Positions 49,437-57,032 of a stretch of DNA of 64,000 nt are shown here, in pieces. Position 1 is the stretch's first letter; each line of letters starts with the position of its first letter. The notes beneath the pieces were generated by a model. It searched no databases. It was given only the letters and a program-made list of their open reading frames with translations, and was not told where the DNA came from. The stretch comes from an uncultured Gaiellaceae bacterium (lineage in GTDB: Bacteria > Actinomycetota > Thermoleophilia > Gaiellales > Gaiellaceae), in contig CAVZVL010000013.1 of NCBI GenBank assembly GCA_963778725.1, positions 17,833 through 81,832 of the forward strand. The letters are read 5' to 3'. Made by a program: the position numbers and the translations under genes.

Positions 49437-49512
49437 GCTCCGGTGGTGGTGTCGATGTCGGCGGAGCGCCCGCTTCCTAGCCTCGGTGCACGTCAACCGA
49501 AGGAGGAAGTCG

Positions 49513-49901
49513 ATGCGCTCGAGCCCGTACCGCAGTCTTCTCGTCGCCGCCGTCGCGGCCCTCGCGCTGTCGTCGGTCGCGCTCGCGTCCGGAGGCCTCT
49601 CCGGGACGTACAAGACGACCATCAAGAGCCCCGCGCAGCTCAAGGGGACCTGGGCCCTCGCGCTGGCCAAGGGCGGGACATACACGGTCACGCTCAACAG
49701 GCAGCCCGTCGCTCGAGGCACCTACGCGTCGACATCCACGACGATCACGTTCGTCCGCGAGCGGGGCAGCGCGTGCACCGGCGTCGGCACGTACATCTGG
49801 AAGAAGTCGGGCAACACGATGACATTCACCCGCAAGCGTGAAGCCTCCTCGTGCCAGGGCGCGCAGCCGTTCTCGCGCATCGGTTCACGCAGGTCGGCTA
49901 G
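49513..49901 (+). pseudogene. Small secreted protein, hypothetical; probable shift near 49870, 3' end uncertain
   Basis: ATG at 49513 follows GAAGGAGGAAG. The signal peptide is MRSSPYRSLLVAAVAALALSSVALASG. The mature part is beta-rich with two Cys (GTYKTTIKSPAQLKGTWALALAKGGTYTVTLN..GSACTGVGTYIWKKSGNTMTFTRK..SSCQG). Confidence 0.35.
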
Positions 49902-49918
49902 CGGTCGTGACCAGGGGG

Positions 49919-50815
49919 ATGTCTCTGATGTCCCGACTGACCCGGCGGTGGACGATCCGCCGCCGGGTCGTCGCCCTCGTTGCGTTGACCCTCGGAACGG
50001 CAGCGCTTGGGGCTTGTCGTGGCGACGATGATGTCGCGTTTACGCCGGCGGCCGGTGCTGACAGCGCCTACTGCGCCTCGTACCGAGCTTGGAGGGTGTA
50101 CGAGCTCGACGACGGTGAAGCCTTCGATCAGCCCACGCCTGGGGCTCTGCAGAGATGGTGGCACGCCTATCTCATCTCCGAGGACACCATGCTTCAACAG
50201 GCGCCGCCCGAGATCCACGCCGCGGTCGAGGTGAAGGTGCGCTTCATCCGCACCCGTCTGGCGCCGCTCGTCAAGAAGTACCACTTCGATTTGGAGCGAA
50301 TGCGGCGCACCGGCACTGCGGCCGACCAGGCCACGATGTTCCGAGAGCCGCCTGCGGAGGTTGCGGAGGCCCAGGCCGCCCAGTATGCGTATGAGGAGCG
50401 GGCCGTGCGGGCCGAAGCCCTCGCCGCTGGCAGCGGACGTCGTCTTCGAAGCCGACGCGTCGTCGGAGGCCTTCTGCACGACGCTCGCTGCGTTCAACGG
50501 CGAGCTCGACGAGGTCGCGTCCTCGCGGTTCGATCCGAACGTGCTGCGAGCGCTCGTGACCGGCGACCGCTTCACGCAGCTACTCGACGGTCTCGCCGCC
50601 GCAGCGCCGCCCAAGATCGCCGCCGACGTCGAGGCTGACACCAAGTGGTTCCGTACCCGCTGGAGCGACGTCGTCGCGCGGTACGGCTACGACCTCCGGA
50701 AGATCTACGTCGAATCCACGCCGGATGACCTCGCCGTCTTCAACCGCACACACCCCGACCTCTTCGAGCACTCTCTCGCGGACCACGGCCTACGAAGAGC
50801 AGGTCTGCGAAGGCT
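49919..50815 (+). pseudogene. Hypothetical lipoprotein; at least 2 frame shifts
   Basis: MSLMSRLTRRWTIRRRVVALVALTLGTAALGAC has a lipobox (LGAC). The protein continues in ORF 49838..50638 and then ORF 50361..50936 (FEADASSEAFCTTLAAFNGELDEV..WFRTRWSDVVARYGYDLRKIYVEST). The tail TTAYEEQVCEG-stop was read by hand. Confidence 0.35.
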
Positions 50816-50829
50816 GAGGCCGTCGTCCC

Positions 50830-51169
50830 TCAGAGCTCGGCGATCGCAAGGACCTCGACGGCGACACCCGGGCTCTGCGGGACGCGCCCGGCGAGCTCGA
50901 GCGCCTCGTCGCGGCTCGCGCACGTCGACGACGTAGAAGCCGCCGACTCCCTCCTTCGTCTCGGCGAACGGGCCGTCGATGACGAACGGCTTCTCGCCCG
51001 GCCGGACGGTCGCGGCCTCCCCGGTCAGCGCCTCGCCGAGCACGTGGGCGCCCCGCGCGCGGAGCATCGCGCCATACGCGATGTGCTCGTCGACGATCGC
51101 GCGGCGCTCGGCGGGAGTCAGCGCAGCCTCGGCCTCGGTGTCGCCGTGGATCAGGAACAGGAAACGCAT
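50830..51169 (-). pseudogene. YciI/DGPF-family protein; one frame shift near 50920
   Basis: MRFLFLIHGDTEAEAALTPAERRAIVDEHIAYGAMLRARGAHVLGEALTGEAATVRPGEKPFVIDGPFAETKEGVGGFYVVDV is followed, after a shift, by ..RDEALELAGRVPQSPGVAVEVLAIAEL-stop. Confidence 0.7.
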
Positions 51170-51170
51170 C

Positions 51171-51221
51171 GCTCCTCCTTCGTTCGCCGGGTTGTACCCG
51201 TACGACGAACGAAGGAGGAGC
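51171..51221 (-). promoter_or_regulatory. 16-bp perfect hairpin that sequesters the yciI ribosome-binding site
   Basis: On the minus strand: GCUCCUCCUUCGUUCG-(19 nt loop containing CGGGU/ACCCG)-CGAACGAAGGAGGAGC-G-AUG. The 3' arm contains the SD GAAGGAGGAG and ends 1 nt before the start codon at 51169. Confidence 0.6.
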
Positions 51222-51239
51222 AGTTCGACCGGAGGCTTT

Positions 51240-51741
51240 CTAGCCCTGGCCGGGCGTCGGTGCGTACTCGCCGAGGAAGCCAGCGCCGATGATCTGCTGG
51301 TCGACGGCCGCCTGGCCGATGTAGCACTCCCATTCGCGGCCGTTCGAGGCGAGAGACCGGCAGCCGCCGTTCACGTGCTTCGTCGCGTCGACCGTCGGCT
51401 CGACGGTGCCCTTCCAATCGGAGACCTCGGGTGCCGGTGCGTGGGCGAGCAGGCAGTGGTACTCGACGTCCTGGACGACGACGGTGCAGGTCGGCTCGGT
51501 GCCGGCGAGCGAGAGCGTCCCGGCGGGGAGGCTCTGCGCGACCTCGTCCGTCCCGATGAGGTGGGCCGCGGCGAACGCGGCGCTCGGGACGAGGACTGCG
51601 ACTGCCGCCGCGATCAACGCGACGCGGGTCGACACGCGGCGACGGCGAGCGGGCGTGGGAGCCGCGGTGCGGAGGTCGGCGTCGGCAGCGCTCTCGAGCG
51701 CATCGCCGAGCTGGTCGAAGCGTGGTCTGGAGTTCGGTCAT
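51240..51741 (-). pseudogene. Single-pass membrane protein co-transcribed with the ECF sigma factor (possible anti-sigma factor); one shift near 51715
   Basis: ATGA overlap with the sigma gene stop. MTELQTT..FDQLGDALESAADADL..RRRRVSTRVALIAAAVAVLVPSAAFAAA (TM) is followed by a ~100-aa extracytoplasmic part with 4 Cys. No zf-HC2 anti-sigma motif is visible. Confidence 0.35.
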
Positions 51742-52286
51742 CGTGGGCTCTCCTTCGATGCGAGACGGAGTCGGAGGGCGGACAGGCCGCGGTGGACGCG
51801 GACGCGCGCCGCCTGCGGGGTAGTGCCGAGTGAGTTCGCGAGCTCGTCGTACGGAAGGTCGTCGGCGAAGCGCAGTCGAAGCGCCTCGAGCTGGCTCTCG
51901 GGCAGCTCCGCGAGGGCCTCGTCGAGACCGTCGAGCCAGGATTCGTGCGGCGGGACCGTGGCCGGCTCACGTTCGAGCCGCTCGAGGACGCCGAGCCGGG
52001 TGCAAGCAGCCCGCTCGAGTCGCCCGCGACGAACCGAGGCCGAGAGGAGGTTGCGAGCGATTCCGAAGAGCCAGGGGCCGGCGGATCCGCCTGCCTCGTC
52101 CCGGAATCGCGTTCGCCCCAGCCAGGCCTGCGCGAAAGTCTCGGCGGTCAGGTCGTGCGCGGCGTCGGCGTCGCGCGCGCGGCCGAGGTGGAACCGGTAC
52201 ACGCGCTCGGCGTAGCGGTCGTACAGCTCGCGGAACGCTCCCGAGTCCGAGCGTGCGGCGCGGATGAGCTCTGCGTCCGTGGTCAT
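51738..52286 (-). CDS. ECF-type RNA polymerase sigma-70 factor
   Basis: The start MTTDAELIRAARSDSGAFRELYDRYAERVYRF is at 52286. Region 2 includes DLTAETFAQAW. Region 4 is LPESQLEALRLRFADDLPYDELANSLGTTPQAARVRVHRGLSALR. Confidence 0.85.
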   Translation of the reverse strand: MTTDAELIRAARSDSGAFRELYDRYAERVYRFHLGRARDADAAHDLTAETFAQAWLGRTRFRDEAGGSAGPWLFGIARNLLSASVRRGRLERAACTRLGVLERLEREPATVPPHESWLDGLDEALAELPESQLEALRLRFADDLPYDELANSLGTTPQAARVRVHRGLSALRLRLASKESPR

Positions 52287-52342
52287 GCTCAAGAGATGCC
52301 CTGACGGGCCGCGGATGTTACGTCGCATGCGAGGATGGGTCG

Positions 52343-54691
52343 GTGCGCGAGTTGCTCGATTCCTCCCTGGACGAGCTGCTCGCCGCGGCGCGCGGGCTTC
52401 GGCGCGGGCCGCTGGTCACGTACTCGCCGAAGGTCTTCATCCCCCTGACGACGCTCTGCCGCGACGTCTGCGGCTACTGCACGTTCGCGCGGCCGCCGCG
52501 CCGCGGCGAGCGGGCGTACATGACCGAGGACGAGGTTCTCGCGATCGCGCGCGCCGGCGCAGCTGCGGGATGTCGCGAGGCGCTGTTCACGCTCGGGGAC
52601 AAGCCTGAGCTCCGCTACAAGGTCGCGCGCGACGAGCTTCGTACGCTCGGCTGCGAGACGACGATCGAGTACCTCGAACGCTGCGCACGCCTCGTGCTCG
52701 AGGAGACCGGGCTCCTGCCGCACCTCAATCCGGGCGTCATGAGCCGGTCGGAACTCGAGCTGCTGCGGCCTGTCTCGGCCTCGATGGGGATCATGCTCGA
52801 GACCTCCGCCGAGCGGCTCTCCGAGAAGGGCGGTCCGCACTGGGCGTCGCCCGACAAGGTCCCTGCCCGCCGTCTCGAGACGATCCGGCTCGCAGGCGAG
52901 CTCGCGATCCCGTTCACGAGCGGGATCCTCATCGGGATCGGTGAGACTCGACAGGAGCGGATCGATGCCTTGCTCGTGTTGAAGGCGCTCGGCGAGGAGC
53001 ACGGCCACGTGCAGGAGGTCATCGTTCAGAACTTCCGCGCGAAGCCCGGGACGCGCATGGCCTCGCATCCCGAGCCGACCCTCGACGACCACCTGTGGAC
53101 GATCGCCGTGGCCCGCATCCTGCTCGGGCCCGACTGGCACGTCCAGGCGCCCCCGAACCTCGCTTTCGACGAGTTCCCCCGCCTGCTCGACGCGGGCATC
53201 GACGACTGGGGCGGCGTCTCGCCGGTCACGATCGACCACGTCAATCCGGAAGCCCCGTGGCCCGAGATCGAACGGCTCGCGGAGGCGACCCGATCGCACG
53301 GTCTCGAGCTCGCGCCTCGGCTGCCCGTCTACCCGGAGTACGTGGACGAGCGCTGGCTCGACCCGGCAGTCCTGCCGTACGCTCGGCGCGCCTCGGACGC
53401 GACGAGACTCGCGCGCGACGACGCGTGGGCGCCTGGTGATCCGGTTACGCCGCCTTTCGTCGTCCGCCGCGACCCCGTTCCGCTCGAGCTCGCGGGGCCG
53501 GACCTCGGCGAGGACGAGATCACGCGCCTCGTCGAGGCACGGGGTGAGGAGGCCCAACGTGTGTTCGCGGCTGCGGATCGCCTGCGCAGCGAGGTCTGCG
53601 GCGACACCGTCTCGTACGTCGTGACGCGGAACATCCAGTACACGAACGTCTGCTACTTCCGCTGCGGGTTCTGCGCGTTCTCGAAGGGGAAGCTCGCCGC
53701 GAATCTCCGGGGCGCGCCCTACCTCGTTCCTCGCGACGAGATCGTCCGTCGCGTCGAGGAGGCATGGGATCGCGGCGCGACCGAGGTGTGCCTCCAGGGC
53801 GGAATCCACCCGGCGTTCACGGGCGACTACTACGCGGACGTCGTGCGCGCGATCCACGACGCGGTGCCGGGCATCCACGTGCACGCGTTCTCGGCGCTCG
53901 AGGTGTGGCAGGGCGCAGCGACGCTCGACCTCTCGCTCGAGCAGTACCTCGCGCACCTCCGCGACCTCGGGCTCGGCTCGCTACCGGGGACCGCGGCCGA
54001 GGTGCTCGACGACGAGGTGCGGCGCGTCATCTGCCCGGACAAGGTGACGACGGCACAGTGGCTCGCCGTGCACGACGCGGCGCACCGCGTCGGGCTACGG
54101 TCGAACGTCACCCTGATGTTCGGGCACGTGGAGTCGCCGCGTTCGTGGGCGCGTCACCTCCTGCGCGCACGCGAGCAGCAGCGCCGCTCGGGTGGCTTCA
54201 CCGAGTTCGTCCCGCTCCCCTTCGTGCCGATGGAGGCGCCGATCTATCTCGAGGGGCGCGCGCGACGCGGGCCGACCTTTCGGGAGGCCCTCCTCGTCCA
54301 TGCGGTCGCGCGGCTCGCGCTCCATCCGGACATCACGAACATCCAGGCATCCTGGGTCAAGCTCGGGCCGGACGGGACGCGGCAGGCACTCGCGGCGGGC
54401 GTGAACGACCTCGGCGGGACCTTGATGAACGAGTCGATCTCGCGCTCGGCCGGCGCCGCCTTCGGGCAGGAGATGCCGCCCGAGCGCATGGACGAGCTGA
54501 TCCGCTCAGCCGGACGCGTGCCCCGGCAGCGCACGACGCTCTACGGCGACGCGCCGGAGGAGCGGGTGCGCGCCTCGTTCGGCGCAGCGCCGCTGGCCGA
54601 GCCGTCGAACCCGCCGGTCAAGGACGCCGGCCTCGTCGCGCCGCCGCGACTCGTGCGCCCCGGCCTGATCGCCGGCGCCCGCGCGCGCTGA
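52343..54691 (+). CDS. fbiC: Bifunctional FO synthase (7,8-didemethyl-8-hydroxy-5-deazariboflavin synthase, fused CofG-CofH)
   Basis: Intact 782-aa ORF with two radical-SAM halves. Cys motifs are CRDVCGYCTF (N-half) and CYFRCGFCAF (C-half). Typical blocks are GILIGIGETRQERIDAL and FTEFVPLPFV. Confidence 0.9.
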   Translation: MRELLDSSLDELLAAARGLRRGPLVTYSPKVFIPLTTLCRDVCGYCTFARPPRRGERAYMTEDEVLAIARAGAAAGCREALFTLGDKPELRYKVARDELRTLGCETTIEYLERCARLVLEETGLLPHLNPGVMSRSELELLRPVSASMGIMLETSAERLSEKGGPHWASPDKVPARRLETIRLAGELAIPFTSGILIGIGETRQERIDALLVLKALGEEHGHVQEVIVQNFRAKPGTRMASHPEPTLDDHLWTIAVARILLGPDWHVQAPPNLAFDEFPRLLDAGIDDWGGVSPVTIDHVNPEAPWPEIERLAEATRSHGLELAPRLPVYPEYVDERWLDPAVLPYARRASDATRLARDDAWAPGDPVTPPFVVRRDPVPLELAGPDLGEDEITRLVEARGEEAQRVFAAADRLRSEVCGDTVSYVVTRNIQYTNVCYFRCGFCAFSKGKLAANLRGAPYLVPRDEIVRRVEEAWDRGATEVCLQGGIHPAFTGDYYADVVRAIHDAVPGIHVHAFSALEVWQGAATLDLSLEQYLAHLRDLGLGSLPGTAAEVLDDEVRRVICPDKVTTAQWLAVHDAAHRVGLRSNVTLMFGHVESPRSWARHLLRAREQQRRSGGFTEFVPLPFVPMEAPIYLEGRARRGPTFREALLVHAVARLALHPDITNIQASWVKLGPDGTRQALAAGVNDLGGTLMNESISRSAGAAFGQEMPPERMDELIRSAGRVPRQRTTLYGDAPEERVRASFGAAPLAEPSNPPVKDAGLVAPPRLVRPGLIAGARAR

Positions 54692-55041
54692 TGGACCATC
54701 TCGCTCTCGCGGTCTCGGATCAGGGGCGCTCGATTCGCTTCTACACGCACTACTTCGGGTTCGTGCCGGAGTCTGAGCCGCGCGAGGACGGCGTCTGGAT
54801 CCTCCACGACGACGTCGGCTTCTCGCTCGCGATCGGCCAGATCGAGGAGCCGATCGTGTTGCCGCGCTTCTTCCACTTCGGGCGCGGCGTCGCGAGCCCG
54901 GACGACGTCCGCGCGTTCCGCGACCGGGTCGAGGCCGACGGGCTCGAGGTCGTCGCCTGGTGGGACGAGTCCGACTACGTGAGCGTGAAGTTCCGCGATC
55001 CGGACGGGTACGTCATCGAGGTCGGCTGGGAGCCCGAATAG
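54691..55041 (+). CDS. VOC-family (glyoxalase/bleomycin-resistance fold) protein
   Basis: TGATG overlap with the fbiC stop. This 116-aa protein reads MDHLALAVSDQGRSIRFYTHYFGF ... KFRDPDGYVIEVGWEP. Confidence 0.75.
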   Translation: MDHLALAVSDQGRSIRFYTHYFGFVPESEPREDGVWILHDDVGFSLAIGQIEEPIVLPRFFHFGRGVASPDDVRAFRDRVEADGLEVVAWWDESDYVSVKFRDPDGYVIEVGWEPE

Positions 55042-55628
55042 CGAACGGCAGCCGCAGGAGGACGCCGGGGAGACTGCGCCGGCTGCTCGCGAGAGCCTTG
55101 CGCGAGTTCCGTGTCCGCGCCCGCGCCGAGGACTCCCTCGCCGTGACCGACGAGGACGCGTTTCGGCTCGAGGGCGGCGAGCACCTTCGGTGGCTTGAAC
55201 CGCAACAGCACGTGGACGCCGATCGGCACCTGGCCGCCCGTGTAGAAGCGGTTCGAGCCGAGCGCGTCGGCGATGACGAGCGTCCCCGTCCCCGGCCACC
55301 ACAACGCCGACTCGCGCCAGTGCCTTCTGCGCATGACCGGGACAATCTCGAACGGGCTACCTGCAACCGCGTCCGGCACGACGAGGTGCGGGACGCCGAG
55401 GTGCGCGGCGAGAGCCGCGCAGTCGCGGTTGTGGCGGTCGAGGAGCTGAATCACGCCGGCCGGCTCGCCGAGGGCGAGCGCGCGGTCGATCGCCTCCGGC
55501 CAGTCCAGCGGATCGACGAGCCACACCGTCCCGTCGGCCGCGAGCGCGTGGGACGTTCGCGTCGCTGCCTCCTCGACCATCCAGCCGAACCCGTCTGGGC
55601 CGAGGTCGTCGCAGAACCGAAAGTTCAC
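54975..55628 (-). CDS. Hypothetical protein, possibly a degenerate MBL-fold; 3' end uncertain (alternative stop at 55013 after a shift)
   Basis: ORF 54975..55628. The GTG start overlaps the lysA stop (GTGA). WLVDPLDW..VIQLLDRHNRDC resembles a degenerate HxHxDH region. Either 3' end overlaps the convergent VOC gene. Confidence 0.35.
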   Translation of the reverse strand: MNFRFCDDLGPDGFGWMVEEAATRTSHALAADGTVWLVDPLDWPEAIDRALALGEPAGVIQLLDRHNRDCAALAAHLGVPHLVVPDAVAGSPFEIVPVMRRRHWRESALWWPGTGTLVIADALGSNRFYTGGQVPIGVHVLLRFKPPKVLAALEPKRVLVGHGEGVLGAGADTELAQGSREQPAQSPRRPPAAAVRYSGSQPTSMTYPSGSRNFTLT

Positions 55629-56887
55629 GCGGTCTCGAGCGCGAGCAGGTCGTCCACGCTCTCGCGCCGGCGGATCACCCGCGCTTCCCCGTCACGCACG
55701 AGCACGGCCGCGGGGCGCCCGACGCCGTTGTAGTTCGAGCTCATCGCGAGCGTGTACGCACCTGTTGCGGGCACGGCCAGGAGGTCGGCGCGGCGTGGCG
55801 CGGGGAGGAGGACGTCGTCGATGAGCACGTCTCCGGACTCGCAGTGCATGCCCGCCACGCTCACGGTCTCCTCGGCAGCCTCGTCGGCGCGCGTCGCCGA
55901 GAGTGCCGCATACCGCGCCTCGTAGAGCTGTGGCCGCGGGTTGTCGGACATGCCGCCGTCGACGGCGACCCAGGTGCGTCCCTCCAGCCGTTTGACCGCA
56001 CCGACGCGATACAGCGTGACGCCGGCTCGTCCGACGAGGCTCCGTCCCGGCTCGAGCCAGACGAACGGCTCTTGCAGCCCTGCCGCCACGAACTCCTCGC
56101 GCGCGGTCTTAGCGGCAGCTCGAGCGAGGTCGGCCGCGTCGGGCACCTCCTCGCCGAGGTGGTGCCGGATCCCGAATCCGCCGCCGAGGTCGGCGACGCG
56201 TGCTTCCCAGCCGAGGTCATCGCGGCACGCGGCGGCGAAACGTGCCAGGCGTCGGATGGTCTCCGCCTGCGCCGTGAAGTCGGGAAGCTGCGAGCCGACG
56301 TGGACGTGCAGGCCGAGGACCTCGAGGCCTCGTGCGAGAGCGTCTGCGACCAGCGCGCGGGCCTCATCCGGCGGGAGGCCGAACTTGGAGCCGTGGTGGC
56401 CGGTCGTGATCGCCTCGTGCGTGTCGGCGTCGACGCCGAGCGTCACGCGCACGAGGGCCTGATCCACGCCGGCTTCGGCGGCCAGCTCTGCCTCGTCGCG
56501 TGCGTCGAGGACGACGGGAGCTCGTTCCCCCGCAGCCTCGCGCAGAAATGCCAGGCCCTTGTTGTTCCCGTGGACGACGAGCTCGTCGCCGGTCAGGCCG
56601 GCCGCCCGCGCGAATGCGAGCTCGCCGGACGAGGCGACGTCGGCGCCGATTCCTTCCTCCCGCAGGAGTCGAAGGAGCGCGACGTTCGCGAAGGCCTTCG
56701 TTCCGTAGAAGACGCGGCCGCCGTCGCCGACGGCATCGGTGAACGCCCGTGCCTGCGTCCGAATCGTCTCCTCGCAGTAGACGACGAGCGGCGTTCCGAA
56801 CCGGTCCGCGAGCTCAGGTGCGGAAACGCCGCCCAACGCGAGCTCGCCCTGCTGCACACAGGCGGAGTCGGGGAAGAGCGCGAGCAT
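55625..56887 (-). CDS. lysA: Diaminopimelate decarboxylase
   Basis: The start MLALFPDS is at 56887. Blocks are FYGTKAFAN (PLP lysine context), GHHGSKFG, HVHVGSQ, EPGRSLVG and CESGD. Confidence 0.9.
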   Translation of the reverse strand: MLALFPDSACVQQGELALGGVSAPELADRFGTPLVVYCEETIRTQARAFTDAVGDGGRVFYGTKAFANVALLRLLREEGIGADVASSGELAFARAAGLTGDELVVHGNNKGLAFLREAAGERAPVVLDARDEAELAAEAGVDQALVRVTLGVDADTHEAITTGHHGSKFGLPPDEARALVADALARGLEVLGLHVHVGSQLPDFTAQAETIRRLARFAAACRDDLGWEARVADLGGGFGIRHHLGEEVPDAADLARAAAKTAREEFVAAGLQEPFVWLEPGRSLVGRAGVTLYRVGAVKRLEGRTWVAVDGGMSDNPRPQLYEARYAALSATRADEAAEETVSVAGMHCESGDVLIDDVLLPAPRRADLLAVPATGAYTLAMSSNYNGVGRPAAVLVRDGEARVIRRRESVDDLLALETA

Positions 56888-56919
56888 CGGCCGATTCTGC
56901 CTGGTACCGTTTTGAGCTC

Positions 56920-57007
56920 GTGAAGCAGCTGCTTGCATAGGTCAGGGAGCGAACGCGGCGAGAGCTGCGGCCGTTTCCGTGGAGCCTCTCGCCGAGAGGC
57001 TTTTTTG
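56920..57007 (+). promoter_or_regulatory. Candidate transcription attenuator in the leuS leader: 6-codon uORF with two Leu codons, anti-terminator, and intrinsic terminator with a T-tract
   Basis: The uORF is GTG AAG CAG CTG CTT GCA TAG (56920-56940). GGCGAGAG (56957-56964) is complementary to CTCTCGCC (56986-56993). The terminator is AGCCTCTC-GCC-GAGAGGCT (56983-57001) followed by TTTTTTG, 26 nt before the leuS ATG. Confidence 0.5.
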
Positions 57008-57032
57008 TTCCCCGAAGCGAACTGGAAGGGCG

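Noticed and set aside
56901-56910. A GGTACCG string in the leuS leader that resembles the core of the T-box sequence.
   Set aside because: It lies about 75 nt upstream of the terminator rather than forming the 5' side of the anti-terminator. No specifier-loop/Stem I architecture (AGAGA, GNUGGGA-type elements) is visible, and the leader is far too short for a canonical T-box.
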